Source: Sporosarcina sp. P32b (GTDB taxonomy: Bacteria > Bacillota > Bacilli > Bacillales_A > Planococcaceae). Taken from it: a stretch of 32,000 nt of DNA. Below the pieces are notes generated by a model, which saw nothing but the letters and a program-made list of their open reading frames with translations, did not search any database and was not told the DNA's origin. Below, one piece after another: positions 18,493 to 28,119 of this stretch. The DNA lies in the NCBI RefSeq assembly GCF_002743335.1, contig NZ_PDZB01000002.1, forward strand, positions 104,205 to 136,204, in the 5' to 3' direction. Numbering within the stretch: position 1 is the stretch's first letter; every line of letters starts with the position of its first letter. The position numbers and the translations under genes were made by a program.

Positions 18493-19670
18493 TTTTGTGA
18501 TTCTTCATATACAGCGAGTAAACGTGTCTTCAGATCTTGTTCCATTCTAGCGATCTCAGTCTCGGCAGCTTTGCGTTTCGCGCGGCCATCTGCTTGGATC
18601 AGCAACGTTTCTTCGATCGTCTGGATCAAGTTCTCTTGTGTTGTTTTCAATGTATCGATCTCAATAATACCTTTTTCGTTTTCTTTAGCTGTCTCAATGC
18701 TATTCACTTTCAACATTTCGGAGTTACGAAGCAATAAATCGTTCGTCGTCTTCGTGACGAGCTTCTGTGACTCCACAGCCTTTTGCTGACGGTTGAGTGT
18801 CAAAGCAATCGCAATCTGGTTCTTCCAAAGTGGAATCGCCGTCATAATGGAAGCCTGGATCTTTTCAGCCAGTGTTTGGTTCGTTTGTTGGATCATCCGA
18901 ATCTGCGGAGCACTCTGAATCGTGATCTGGCGTGATAATTGCAAGTCATACAGGCGTTTTTCTAAACGATCCACAAATTGTGCCATATCATTGACTTCTT
19001 GAACCATCATTTGATCATCCGATTGTTGTGCTTTTTTATGCAGTTCTGGAATAATTGTACTATTGATTTCATCAATCTTTAATTCAGCTGCTGCGATATA
19101 GACGTTCAATGCTTGGAAGTAAGTTTTATTTTGCTCATACAAATTGTCCAGCATGCGGACGTCTTCCATTAAGCCTCGTTTGGAATGCTCTAGTTGAACG
19201 CTTATTTTATCGACTTGTGTGCCGAGTTTTTCGTATTTTGTCATGATTTCTTTAATCGGGCGAGTGGCTTTGTTAAATAAACGACTAAGGCCGGATTTCT
19301 TTTTATCCGAAAGATCATCTGTATCGATTTCGGATAGTTTGGCCATTAATTCATTCAGTACATCGCCGACAGGGCCTATATCTTTGCCTTGAACATGATC
19401 CAGCATTTTGTGAGAGAAGTTGGATAGTTCGTTTTGCGCATTGGCTCCGTAGGAAATGACGGCTTCGTAATTACCGACAGGAATCTGTGAAGCCAATTGT
19501 CTTGCTTTATCCTGTTCTTCAGGTGTTAATCGATCAATTAATTTAGTAGGTGCAGCTGTGTCCGACAGCGAATTTTCCATCTCTTTCGGAAGCAAACTAG
19601 CATCCATGTCGAATGGATTGTCGAGCAAATCGTCCACTGATTTTTCTTGTAGTGTGTTTTTATCTGTCAT
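18480..19670 (-). CDS. yaaN: TelA-family toxic anion resistance protein (YaaN-like)
   Basis: About 396 aa from the ATG at 19670 (AAAGGGGA 8 nt upstream). The conserved region LTPEEQDKARQLASQI...ISYGANAQNELSNFS matches the TelA family. The track ORF extends to 19736. Confidence 0.88.
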   Translation of the reverse strand: MTDKNTLQEKSVDDLLDNPFDMDASLLPKEMENSLSDTAAPTKLIDRLTPEEQDKARQLASQIPVGNYEAVISYGANAQNELSNFSHKMLDHVQGKDIGPVGDVLNELMAKLSEIDTDDLSDKKKSGLSRLFNKATRPIKEIMTKYEKLGTQVDKISVQLEHSKRGLMEDVRMLDNLYEQNKTYFQALNVYIAAAELKIDEINSTIIPELHKKAQQSDDQMMVQEVNDMAQFVDRLEKRLYDLQLSRQITIQSAPQIRMIQQTNQTLAEKIQASIMTAIPLWKNQIAIALTLNRQQKAVESQKLVTKTTNDLLLRNSEMLKVNSIETAKENEKGIIEIDTLKTTQENLIQTIEETLLIQADGRAKRKAAETEIARMEQDLKTRLLAVYEESQNRPS

Positions 19671-20319
19671 TGGAATGTTCCCCTTTCGATTCGAGCAACG
19701 GTTTGTTTCGCTTGAGTGTAATATCGACGTAATCAATTTCCATTCGAAGTTGTTCCAAATCAGTTGATACAGCGTTACGTAAATCTTGTTCCATTTCGAG
19801 ACTCAAATCGGATAATGTCTCGCGTGTATGTTGTAACGCGATCTTGATTTCCTGGTCTTTTAATGGTTGGTTCACGAGTAGGCTATACTTCGATGTTAAT
19901 TCTACGACGGAATCAAGGTGGGCATAAAAAAAGCTTTCGACTTGATAGAACTTTCTCGGATTGGACTGGACGATCTTGATGATGCGTCTAGCCATCGAAG
20001 ACATATCGTACACTTGTCTGAATGCTTGGATTGAACGGACTTGTCCGTACATATTTCCAAGCTGCTTTAGCTTACGTTTAGATTCATTCAGTTGTTGTTC
20101 AATATGTTTATATTCAGAGCGCGCCATTCCAAATTGTTTTAGTGTGGAGCGTAACTGCAGTTCTTTAATCGCCACGTTGCCTCCTGCATACAGTGCAATC
20201 CCGATTGCGGAACCTAGGAAAAAGTTGATACTAGTACCGCCAATTAGGATAACCCATGTCAAGAAACTAGTCGGAGCCATAATTACATGTCGTGTGAAGA
20301 AGTTTTTTATATTATTCAT
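19660..20319 (-). CDS. xpaC: 5-bromo-4-chloroindolyl phosphate hydrolysis protein XpaC-like membrane protein
   Basis: 219 aa. Two N-terminal TM helices then a helical domain. Its 3' end overlaps the telA start by 11 nt, as in the B. subtilis xpaC-yaaN pair. Confidence 0.75.
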   Translation of the reverse strand: MNNIKNFFTRHVIMAPTSFLTWVILIGGTSINFFLGSAIGIALYAGGNVAIKELQLRSTLKQFGMARSEYKHIEQQLNESKRKLKQLGNMYGQVRSIQAFRQVYDMSSMARRIIKIVQSNPRKFYQVESFFYAHLDSVVELTSKYSLLVNQPLKDQEIKIALQHTRETLSDLSLEMEQDLRNAVSTDLEQLRMEIDYVDITLKRNKPLLESKGEHSNDR

Positions 20320-20481
20320 GATGGTTCAGGCCGCCTTCCATTCTGACTCTATATAATACTTACGGATTAACAGCGAAAAGGTTTCATTTATCGTGCAGAC
20401 AGTAAGGTTACTGGAGCCTATCTCAATTATAGCCGAAAATGGCCAAAAACTCATATATTACGCAACATGAATCAATTTACT

Positions 20482-20509
20482 TTGATTAGCGAGTTGAATT
20501 TGCTAGAAT
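20482..20509 (+). promoter_or_regulatory. Candidate sigma-A promoter of the DUF1033-like gene
   Basis: TTGATT (20482-20487), 16-nt spacer, then TGcTAGAAT extended -10 (20501-20509). Confidence 0.45.
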
Positions 20510-20553
20510 GAATATCATTCCTGCATAGCGCAAGGTAAAGGAGTGCTTACTGA

Positions 20554-20847
20554 ATGTATGAAGTGGTGTACATGAAGGCGGACTTTGAGCCGTGGTGGAT
20601 GTTTGAAGAGTGGAGAGACTACAGTGTCTCATCCAAAACATTTACGAATAAAATCGATACAGAAACATATATTAAAGAAGTAATCGGGAAAATGGAACCG
20701 TATTTTGAGCATTACGAAGTACGGAAAGGCTGCTTTCACGCGTTTTGGACCACATCTGAAAAACACTATTGTGAAGGCTGTGAAGGAGACTTGCAATTGT
20801 ATCACGGCATTATTGTGTTGTTAGACGGGGAACCAAACATATCGTAA
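20554..20847 (+). CDS. DUF1033-like small cytoplasmic protein
   Basis: 97 aa. The N-terminus MYEVVYMKADFEPWWMFEEW and the internal CEGCEGDLQLYHG resemble the DUF1033 family. RBS AAAGGAG. Confidence 0.6.
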   Translation: MYEVVYMKADFEPWWMFEEWRDYSVSSKTFTNKIDTETYIKEVIGKMEPYFEHYEVRKGCFHAFWTTSEKHYCEGCEGDLQLYHGIIVLLDGEPNIS

Positions 20848-20875
20848 GAACATTCTGTAAAAATGTATTTATCAA

Positions 20876-20903
20876 TTGACAATTCAGACCAATATGTTAT
20901 ACT
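20876..20903 (+). promoter_or_regulatory. Near-consensus sigma-A promoter of the cold-shock gene
   Basis: TTGACA (20876-20881), 16-nt spacer, TGtTATACT extended -10 (20895-20903). Implies a 5' UTR of about 145-150 nt. Confidence 0.65.
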
Positions 20904-20930
20904 AAACGTAAGTAAATTAATCGAACGACC

Positions 20931-21013
20931 GTATGCTAAGTGATTCACCTATTACAAAAGGGATCGGCGTCGTCGGCAACTTTTGTAATACGTGAATTTT
21001 TTTGTATGCTAAG
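20931..21013 (+). promoter_or_regulatory. csp leader structure: terminator-like 18-bp hairpin plus U-run, bracketed by 10-nt direct repeats
   Basis: Arms 20943-20960 and 20980-20997 pair at 17/18 positions. T7 run at 20997-21003. GTATGCTAAG occurs at 20931-20940 and 21004-21013. Confidence 0.6.
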
Positions 21014-21056
21014 GTTCGTGTATTAAAGTATTTATATTTTTTTTGGAGGTAATCGA

Positions 21057-21257
21057 ATGAAACAAGGTACAGTGAAATGGTTTAACTCAGAAAAGGGCTT
21101 CGGTTTTATCGAAGTTGACGGAGAAGAAGACATCTTTGTGCACTTCTCAGCAATCCAAGGCGACGGATTCAAATCTCTTGACGAAGGTCAGCAGGTTGAA
21201 TTTGAAGTTGTCGAAGGTAACCGTGGTCTACAAGCAGCTAACGTTGTTAAAATCTAA
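21057..21257 (+). CDS. csp: Cold-shock protein (CspA family)
   Basis: 66 aa. RNP1 KGFGFI and RNP2 VFVHF motifs. RBS GGAGGT. Confidence 0.97.
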   Translation: MKQGTVKWFNSEKGFGFIEVDGEEDIFVHFSAIQGDGFKSLDEGQQVEFEVVEGNRGLQAANVVKI

Positions 21258-21265
21258 ACCACTAG

Positions 21266-21296
21266 AAAAGGCGCCCATTGTGGCGCCTTTTTATTT
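21266..21296. terminator. Bidirectional terminator between csp and the convergent lipoprotein gene
   Basis: AAAAGGCGCC, loop CATTGT, GGCGCCTTTTT. A-run on one side and T-run on the other. Confidence 0.85.
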
Positions 21297-21304
21297 GCAA
21301 AAAA

Positions 21305-21997
21305 TTAAGGTTGTGTCACAGTTTCTAGACTAGATGTAACGACGAATTCATCTTCGCCTTCCATAGACATTGTCGACTCACGTTTTACTTCCCCAAAATC
21401 CTTCACAAGATAGATCCTGTTGACGAAGTCTTTACCGACTTGCTCAATTACGACCGCATCTTCGAACTGCTGATAGGGCGTTTCCACTGAGGCGTTCATC
21501 TCAACAATCTTCCAGTCGTCAAATGTCGTCCCCACTTCAATAGGACCTTTCAAATACGTTCGAATCGGATTCATAGATTCTAGTTCTTCGGTCGGCGGAA
21601 CACCAGCATCTAAATCGATATGTTCTTCCTGTAATACTTGAATTTCATCTCCATTGACTTTATACACTTTTTGAACAAATGCACCACCGTTGTTTTCGTG
21701 AATTACGACATAGTCTTGTGCAGGCCTCGCTACAGTAATATCTAGTTCAGCAAATTCATTCCCGACGCCTTTATAATGCGCGCTTGAACCATCTGGAAGA
21801 AAGTAATCCAGTAGGGCTACATCGGTCAGATTCGCATCCTTGTCGTCATTTTGCTGTTCTGACTTGTCACCGTTCGTTCCTTCTTGGTTTGTCTTAGCAG
21901 AGTCAGTCTTACCATCAATAGACGTAGCAGGCTTATTTGAGCATCCAGCGAGCACGAGAAGCAGTGCAGCCATCAGAAACCATAGATTGCGTTTCAT
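21305..21997 (-). CDS. Hypothetical lipoprotein
   Basis: Signal peptide with lipobox LLVLAGC, acidic low-complexity linker, then a globular domain. No family recognised. Confidence 0.7.
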   Translation of the reverse strand: MKRNLWFLMAALLLVLAGCSNKPATSIDGKTDSAKTNQEGTNGDKSEQQNDDKDANLTDVALLDYFLPDGSSAHYKGVGNEFAELDITVARPAQDYVVIHENNGGAFVQKVYKVNGDEIQVLQEEHIDLDAGVPPTEELESMNPIRTYLKGPIEVGTTFDDWKIVEMNASVETPYQQFEDAVVIEQVGKDFVNRIYLVKDFGEVKRESTMSMEGEDEFVVTSSLETVTQP

Positions 21998-22362
21998 AAT
22001 GAAAAACCTCCTTTTACTTTCTGTTATTCCCTTAATAGTGGAAGCTATTCATAGCGAATAAAAAATAAGGTAGTGCAATCGATTTGTAAATCGCATCGAT
22101 CGAGTGGACACTCAAAACATCTTGTACATTTAATTCGATTTCTAACCAGAAAGATTCAGTATAGATCTCTATTTTTATTGTGAAAAGTCTCAAAGTATAT
22201 GATTTATTTACGAGTATCCAAACAAATCCATCTATAAACATATTATATAGTTCTAACGAAACCTGGTTCCAAATAATCCCTGTTTCCTACTTTAATCCTC
22301 GCATCTCATTATTTGGTATACTATACATAATGCACGTACAGCAATCAAGGAGGGGAAGAACA

Positions 22363-22725
22363 ATGAAGAGTACATTTGTAATTCGTCAGAGAGCCTTTTT
22401 AAAGCTCTATATGCTCAACAAGGCAGAAGAAGGGAACTTGTATGGCTTACAAATATTAGATGACCTTCTAGATCATTTCAGAGACCTTGGGTATCGTCCG
22501 ACTAAGTCTGAAGTATACAAGTCTCTACATGACTTACTCAACGACGGTCTTATCGTCAGACATCCAATCCATAAGCAGGGGACAGAGATGCAGACACTTT
22601 ACATCTACCGCATTGGTGATAAGGAGAAGGTCAAAGCTTATAAAGATACGATAAAGTTTGAGATTGATCGATCTATCTCATTACTTAATAGAGCACTGCA
22701 AGACAATTATTCGCAGAAGAGATAA
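22363..22725 (+). CDS. PadR-like winged-helix transcriptional regulator
   Basis: 120 aa from the ATG at 22363 (AAGGAGGGG upstream). NLYGLQILDDL...SEVYKSLHDLLNDGLIVR fits the PadR wHTH pattern. The track ORF start at 22180 lies in AT-rich non-coding-looking sequence. Confidence 0.6.
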   Translation: MKSTFVIRQRAFLKLYMLNKAEEGNLYGLQILDDLLDHFRDLGYRPTKSEVYKSLHDLLNDGLIVRHPIHKQGTEMQTLYIYRIGDKEKVKAYKDTIKFEIDRSISLLNRALQDNYSQKR

Positions 22726-22834
22726 TAAAAGCGGTGCGGTTTCGGCTATTTTTTTAGCCGCTGAAGATTGCGATTACAGCCAATCGACGGTTCTTATACA
22801 TTACTTAAGGTTATCACCAAGTAACACCAATCTC

Positions 22835-22872
22835 AAAAAAACTCCCCTAGAAGTAAAATCTTCTAGGGGAGT
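22835..22872 (-). terminator. Rho-independent terminator of the ABC-F gene
   Basis: ACTCCCCTAGAAG (22841-22853) pairs perfectly over 13 bp with CTTCTAGGGGAGT (22860-22872). A6 at 22835-22840 gives a U-tract on the minus strand. Confidence 0.85.
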
Positions 22873-22890
22873 CTCTATAGTAAATATCAA

Positions 22891-24489
22891 TTAAGCTTTC
22901 TGACCTTTCCATTCCAAGTACTCGTCGTATGACATCGACTTATCAAAGATTGTTCCGTCGTCATTGATTTCGATTACACGATTAGCAATTGTCTGGATGA
23001 ACTGATGGTCATGAGATGTGAAGATCATAGCGCCTTTGAATGCGATTAAACCATTGTTAAGTGCTTGGATAGACTCCAAGTCCAAGTGGTTTGTCGGCTC
23101 GTCAAACAGTAAGACGTTTGCGCTTGTTAGCATCATTTTCGATAGCATACAACGAACTTTTTCTCCACCTGATAACACACTCGGGCTTTTCTTAACTTCT
23201 TCACCTGAGAACAACATACGTCCAAGGAATCCACGCAAGAATGTTTCCGTTTCATCTTCAGGAGAATATTGACGTAACCACTCAACTAGCGACTCTTCGT
23301 CTCCTTCGAAGTATTCGGAGTTATCCATAGGGAAGTAAGCTTTTGTTGTTGTTACGCCCCATTTGATCGTACCTGAATCTGGCTCGATTATTCCATCCAA
23401 CATATCAAGTAACGCTGATTTCGCAAGCGGGTTACCGATCAAGACAATTTTATCCTCTTTATCAAGTGAGAATGACGCATCTTTGATCATCGTTTTGCCA
23501 TCTACTGTTTTGGTAACGTCTTTAACAGATACTACATCATTACCGATTTCACGGCCCATTGTAAAGTTGACGAATGGATAACGACGAGAAGATGGCTTGA
23601 TGTCATCCAACTCAATTTTTTCCAACGTCTTTTTACGGGAAGTAGCTTGTTTAGATTTTGAAGCGTTGGCACTAAAACGTGCGATAAACGCTTGTAATTC
23701 CTGAACTTTTTCTTCTTTTTTCTTGTTTGACTCTTGAGATAGTTTCAATGCCAATTGGCTAGACTCATACCAGAAGTCGTAGTTACCAGCGTAGATCTGA
23801 ATTTTACTGAAATCTAGATCTGCGATGTGCGTACATACTTTGTTCAAGAAGTAACGGTCATGGGAAACTACGATGACTGTGTTTTGGAAGTTGATCAAGA
23901 ATTCTTCCAACCAACGAATGGCTTTTGTGTCCAAGTTGTTTGTCGGCTCATCCAGTAATAGTACGTCCGGCTTGCCGAACAACGCTTGTGCAAGCAATAC
24001 TTTTACCTTATTCGAACCATCAAGTTCCGCCATTTTGGAATGGTGCATACTTTCAGGAACGCCTAGACCTTGAAGGAGAACAGAAGCTTCAGATTCTGCT
24101 TCCCATCCATTCATATCTGCGAATTCGCCTTCGAGTTCAGCTGCACGCATGCCGTCTTCATCAGAGAAATCTTCCTTCATATAAATAGCGTCTTTTTCTT
24201 TCATTACTTCATACAGCTCTTTATGGCCCATGATGACAAGATCCATTACTTCAAATTCTTCGTATTCAAAGTGGTTCTGCTTCAAGACAGCCATACGCTC
24301 GTCTTTTCCAAGAATAACATTACCTGTTTGGGGTTCAAGTTCACCTGACACAATTTTAACAAATGTTGATTTACCAGCGCCGTTCGCTCCAATTAATCCA
24401 TAGCAATTGCCTGGATTGAACTGTATATTGACGTCTTCGAAAAGCTTGCGATCGCCGAAGCGAAGACTTAAATTACTAACTGCTAACAT
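22891..24489 (-). CDS. ABC-F family ATPase, YbiT/YkpA-like (ribosome-associated translation factor class)
   Basis: 532 aa. Two ABC cassettes (GANGAGKST; LSGGEK/LLLDEPTN twice) and no TM domain. The N-terminus closely resembles E. coli YbiT. Confidence 0.9.
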   Translation of the reverse strand: MLAVSNLSLRFGDRKLFEDVNIQFNPGNCYGLIGANGAGKSTFVKIVSGELEPQTGNVILGKDERMAVLKQNHFEYEEFEVMDLVIMGHKELYEVMKEKDAIYMKEDFSDEDGMRAAELEGEFADMNGWEAESEASVLLQGLGVPESMHHSKMAELDGSNKVKVLLAQALFGKPDVLLLDEPTNNLDTKAIRWLEEFLINFQNTVIVVSHDRYFLNKVCTHIADLDFSKIQIYAGNYDFWYESSQLALKLSQESNKKKEEKVQELQAFIARFSANASKSKQATSRKKTLEKIELDDIKPSSRRYPFVNFTMGREIGNDVVSVKDVTKTVDGKTMIKDASFSLDKEDKIVLIGNPLAKSALLDMLDGIIEPDSGTIKWGVTTTKAYFPMDNSEYFEGDEESLVEWLRQYSPEDETETFLRGFLGRMLFSGEEVKKSPSVLSGGEKVRCMLSKMMLTSANVLLFDEPTNHLDLESIQALNNGLIAFKGAMIFTSHDHQFIQTIANRVIEINDDGTIFDKSMSYDEYLEWKGQKA

Positions 24490-24639
24490 AAATAATATCC
24501 TCCTAATTTCACAATGTTCCTAGTATACATTAAAATTACGTGAAATGGAATGTTTGAACTAGTACTGTTTACAATTTTGATTTACGATATAATGAAGATA
24601 GATGTTATATATGTATTATATCTAAAAGGAGTCATTGTA

Positions 24640-25818
24640 TTGCGCTCTAAAACAACTCAAGGTCTACTATTATTTGCGATTTTCATAGTCGCGCTCAACT
24701 TACGCCCGGCGATTACTTCCATCGGGCCGATGCTAGACATCATACGTGATGATCTGTTGTTGTCGAACACGCAAGTTAGTCTCCTGACCGTTATTCCGGT
24801 GATCTGCATGGGTATCTTCGCGATGCTGGCACCGATACTGAATAAAGCAATCGGCTTGAATAAAACGATGTACTTGATGTTGGTGTTACTTGCTGTAGCA
24901 ACGGGCGCGCGTTTTGCTGTTACTTCGTTCAGTATCTTATTATTGACAGCTTTTCTTGCAGGTGTGGCGATTGCTGTCATTGGACCGTTATTATCTGCAC
25001 TGATCAAACAATACTTCCCGATGCATGTTGCTGTTGTCGTAGGAATTTATTCATTCGGCATGGGTATGGGAGCGACGCTGAGTACAGGATTGACAGGTGT
25101 CTTTTATGAAAAAGCCCATTCCTACTCATTCGCACTTGCGGTTTGGGCAGGCATTGCGGTTCTTGGCATCCTGGCGTGGGCTATCACCGCCGCGCATCCG
25201 ATCCAAGTGAAGCAAGTGACAGAGCAAACTATGCAAAAGGGGAAGAATCCTTGGCGCAGTAAACAGGCATGGAGCTTTCTGATCTTCTTTGGTTTACAGA
25301 CCGCGCTTTTCTTTTCCGTTTTAACTTACCTCGTTCCCATCGCGGTATCGAATGGCATGACACTTCTACAAGCGGGGACATTGCTAAGTGGGATGACGAT
25401 TGTACAGATTTTTATGAATATCGGCTTTCCTATTGTTTTACAGAAGTTTACTAGTAGAACGCCGGCACTTGTCGGTATTCTTGCACTCGGTATTGTCTCG
25501 ATCGGGTTAATGTGGACAGCCGATCCGCTGTGGTTTGCTGTGGGTGTTCTCGTCATGGGAATTCCGCTCGGTGGATTATTCCCAATCTGCTTACTGATGC
25601 CGATGGACGCGACAGATACTGCCGAAGAAACGAATTCCTGGACTGCAATGATGCAGACAGGCGGATTTATCATCGGTGGGATCTTGCCGTTACTTATCGC
25701 TTCCTTATATGACTACACTGAAAATCATTACGTGACATTGTTCGTATTTCTTGTTTTATTTGTGGCTATGCTAGTGCTAGCGTTGCAAATAGGTCGATCC
25801 GCCAAGCAAAGCTCGTGA
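24640..25818 (+). CDS. MFS transporter, CynX/NimT-like
   Basis: 12 TM-like segments. N-terminus LLFAIFIVALNLRPAITSIGPML is typical of the CynX family. TTG at 24640 is 9 nt after AAAGGAG. The track start at 24550 is in AT-rich leader. Confidence 0.75.
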   Translation: MRSKTTQGLLLFAIFIVALNLRPAITSIGPMLDIIRDDLLLSNTQVSLLTVIPVICMGIFAMLAPILNKAIGLNKTMYLMLVLLAVATGARFAVTSFSILLLTAFLAGVAIAVIGPLLSALIKQYFPMHVAVVVGIYSFGMGMGATLSTGLTGVFYEKAHSYSFALAVWAGIAVLGILAWAITAAHPIQVKQVTEQTMQKGKNPWRSKQAWSFLIFFGLQTALFFSVLTYLVPIAVSNGMTLLQAGTLLSGMTIVQIFMNIGFPIVLQKFTSRTPALVGILALGIVSIGLMWTADPLWFAVGVLVMGIPLGGLFPICLLMPMDATDTAEETNSWTAMMQTGGFIIGGILPLLIASLYDYTENHYVTLFVFLVLFVAMLVLALQIGRSAKQSS

Positions 25819-25893
25819 CTGGACGCAACCCCTTGTGAACAGAAACGTCCTGATTAACAGGATACACACGGATAATGGAGGAATGAATGCCAC

Positions 25894-26850
25894 ATGGACG
25901 AACACTTCGACGAACAACAGCCGCATCGTAGAAAAAAGAAGCGTAAATTACGCGTTGGCAGAGTTTTTATGACAGTACTATTGCTTTTCACGGTAACGAT
26001 ATCAGCTTATAGTTACTTTCAATATAAACAAGGTAAGGCTTTGACAGCAGGTAGTAAGATTGATCCAGGAGAATTTCAAGGTGATTTGCTGAGTCCACAA
26101 GATCCGACGACAGAAAATTATCTACTGCTCGGCATCGATAATGACGGCTCTGGAAAATATCGTACCGACACCATGATGGTGCTGTCTTGGGATCAAACCG
26201 CTGGAACCGCGCATTTGATTTCATTCATGCGAGATATTTATGCACAAATTCCAGGGTACCAATCGTACAAACTGAATACCGCATACTACTTAGGCGGAGT
26301 CCAAACTGCGAAAGAAACGATTTCGGGGATGTTCAATATTCCGATTCATCACTATGCAGTCGTCGATTTCGATAATTTCGAATCGATTATGGATATTACG
26401 TTTCCAAAAGGTCTAGAAATGAATGTGAAGAATGAAATGTCTGAGAAAATTGGTGTCACGCTAAAACCAGGCGTACAAAAGTTGAATGGTAAAGAACTAC
26501 TCGGCTATGCACGATTCCGCGCAGATGATGAAGGCGACTTTGGACGAGTCAATCGTCAGCAGGAAGTGATTGAAGCAGTGAAGGACGAGTTGTTTAGCGT
26601 ATCAACTGTTTTACAAGCTCCAAAAGTAGCCGGTGCACTCGATAACTTCATTGAAACAGATCTCACGACGAAGGACGAGCTCACTAAAGTACTGACAGTT
26701 ATCGCAAAACGTAAACTAGATCTGCAGACTTTGCGTATTCCAGTTGAGGACAGTTATTCCTTTACTTCGTATAGCCATGCAGGATCTGTAATTGATATTG
26801 ATTTAGATAAAAACAGAGAAGCGATCCGTTCATTTTTAGCAGCACCGTAA
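25894..26850 (+). CDS. LytR-CpsA-Psr (LCP) family cell-wall polymer transferase
   Basis: N-terminal basic region plus one TM helix. NYLLLGIDN...RTDTMMVLS, SFMRDIY, LGYARFR motifs. Confidence 0.88.
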   Translation: MDEHFDEQQPHRRKKKRKLRVGRVFMTVLLLFTVTISAYSYFQYKQGKALTAGSKIDPGEFQGDLLSPQDPTTENYLLLGIDNDGSGKYRTDTMMVLSWDQTAGTAHLISFMRDIYAQIPGYQSYKLNTAYYLGGVQTAKETISGMFNIPIHHYAVVDFDNFESIMDITFPKGLEMNVKNEMSEKIGVTLKPGVQKLNGKELLGYARFRADDEGDFGRVNRQQEVIEAVKDELFSVSTVLQAPKVAGALDNFIETDLTTKDELTKVLTVIAKRKLDLQTLRIPVEDSYSFTSYSHAGSVIDIDLDKNREAIRSFLAAP

Positions 26851-26877
26851 TGGATCGAATAAAGGGGGAGTGAAACG

Positions 26878-28119
26878 TTGAGGCAGCCACCAAAAAAGTC
26901 TTCTTTACGAGATTTCTGGTCTATTCCTTCGACGTCACCAATTGTCGGATTTCTCGGTGGTCAATCTACATTGTTTGTACTGCTTTGTTTATTGTTCATT
27001 GGATTGATCATCTTGGTCTTCACTCAAGTTTCATTTATTTTCTATCCGATTCACGTATTTTTCTCCACGGTCGTTTTACCGGTAGTACTCGCGACCATTT
27101 TATATTACTTAATGCGTCCAATTCTTCGTTTTTTGGAAGAACGTTTACGTATACCACGCGTCTATGGGATTTTGATCATCTTATTGGCAACTGCTGGTTT
27201 ACTAACATTAGTGATTTTCTTAGTATTACCGTTCCTGCGTTTGCAGACGATCAATTTATTCGATGAATTTCCTTCGTATTTCAAACAGTTGATTTTGGAT
27301 ACGGATAACTTTTTCCGAAATTCTATATTTGCCCCAGTCTATGAAGGATTCAACTTTAATGTCAATACGTTTCTCGATTCCGGTTTTGAAAGTATTGGCA
27401 AGTTCTTCACTGAGACAATCGGCGGTATTGCATCAGGCGTTACATCATTCGTTTCTGCGCTTACGGGAATTATATTGAGCATTGTGACTGTCCCGCTCAT
27501 TCTGTTTTATTTACTGAAAGACGGCGAGAAGTTACCACAAATGATTTTACGTATGTTGCCACCACGTATGCGTGACGGAGCATCTATTATCTTCCGCGAT
27601 GCGGATAGGCAAATAAGTGCGTATATTCAAGGGCAGATTTTAGTTGCGATTGCGATTGGAATTATGGTATCAATTGGCTTCCTAATTATTAAAATGAAGT
27701 ATGCGTTACTGCTCGGGGTACTTGCGATGTTCACGAGTATCGTGCCGTATCTCGGTCCGGTGATTGCGATCACGCCAGCTGCAATTATTGCGATGGTCAC
27801 ATCACCATTCATGCTCGTAAAGCTAGCGATTGTATGGACGATTGTGCAAGTGATCGAAGGGAAATTTATTTCACCACAGATCATGGGGAAGTCGCTGCAT
27901 ATTCACCCGATTACGATTATCTTCGTCTTATTGACAGCCGGCTCACTATTTGGCGTCGCTGGAGTGATTCTCGGGATTCCGGCGTACGCGTTGCTGAAAG
28001 TGGTCGCGACTCATGTATTTTATTTGTTCACGTTGCGATATAATCGCTTTGAGACGCAAGAAGAGATGTATTATGAAACGGATTCAATTGAAGAGTATTA
28101 TGACAATGATAGAGAGTAA
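26878..28119 (+). CDS. AI-2E family transporter (PerM/YdbI-like)
   Basis: 413 aa polytopic membrane protein. C-terminal IVPYLGP...EGKFISPQIMGKSLHIHPITIIF is typical of AI-2E. TTG start with AAAGGGGGAG RBS. Confidence 0.85.
   Translation: MRQPPKKSSLRDFWSIPSTSPIVGFLGGQSTLFVLLCLLFIGLIILVFTQVSFIFYPIHVFFSTVVLPVVLATILYYLMRPILRFLEERLRIPRVYGILIILLATAGLLTLVIFLVLPFLRLQTINLFDEFPSYFKQLILDTDNFFRNSIFAPVYEGFNFNVNTFLDSGFESIGKFFTETIGGIASGVTSFVSALTGIILSIVTVPLILFYLLKDGEKLPQMILRMLPPRMRDGASIIFRDADRQISAYIQGQILVAIAIGIMVSIGFLIIKMKYALLLGVLAMFTSIVPYLGPVIAITPAAIIAMVTSPFMLVKLAIVWTIVQVIEGKFISPQIMGKSLHIHPITIIFVLLTAGSLFGVAGVILGIPAYALLKVVATHVFYLFTLRYNRFETQEEMYYETDSIEEYYDNDRE

Noticed and set aside
18355-18789. 144-aa ORF on the + strand.
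   Set aside because: It begins inside repeat copy 2 and then runs antisense through the telA terminator and the 3' part of telA. The sequence is low-complexity and hydrophobic, with no RBS. This is a typical antisense shadow ORF.
21115-21333. 72-aa alternative-frame ORF overlapping the cold-shock gene and its terminator.
   Set aside because: The csp frame has textbook RNP1/RNP2 motifs and an RBS. The alternative frame crosses the terminator and has no start signals.
22080-22093. 14-bp palindrome CGATTTGTAAATCG in the 365-bp AT-rich region between the lipoprotein and PadR-like genes, considered as a PadR operator.
   Set aside because: It is short and isolated, about 270 bp upstream of the PadR-like start, and does not match the ATGT-N8-ACAT pattern typical of PadR operators. 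I cannot distinguish it from chance in AT-rich DNA.
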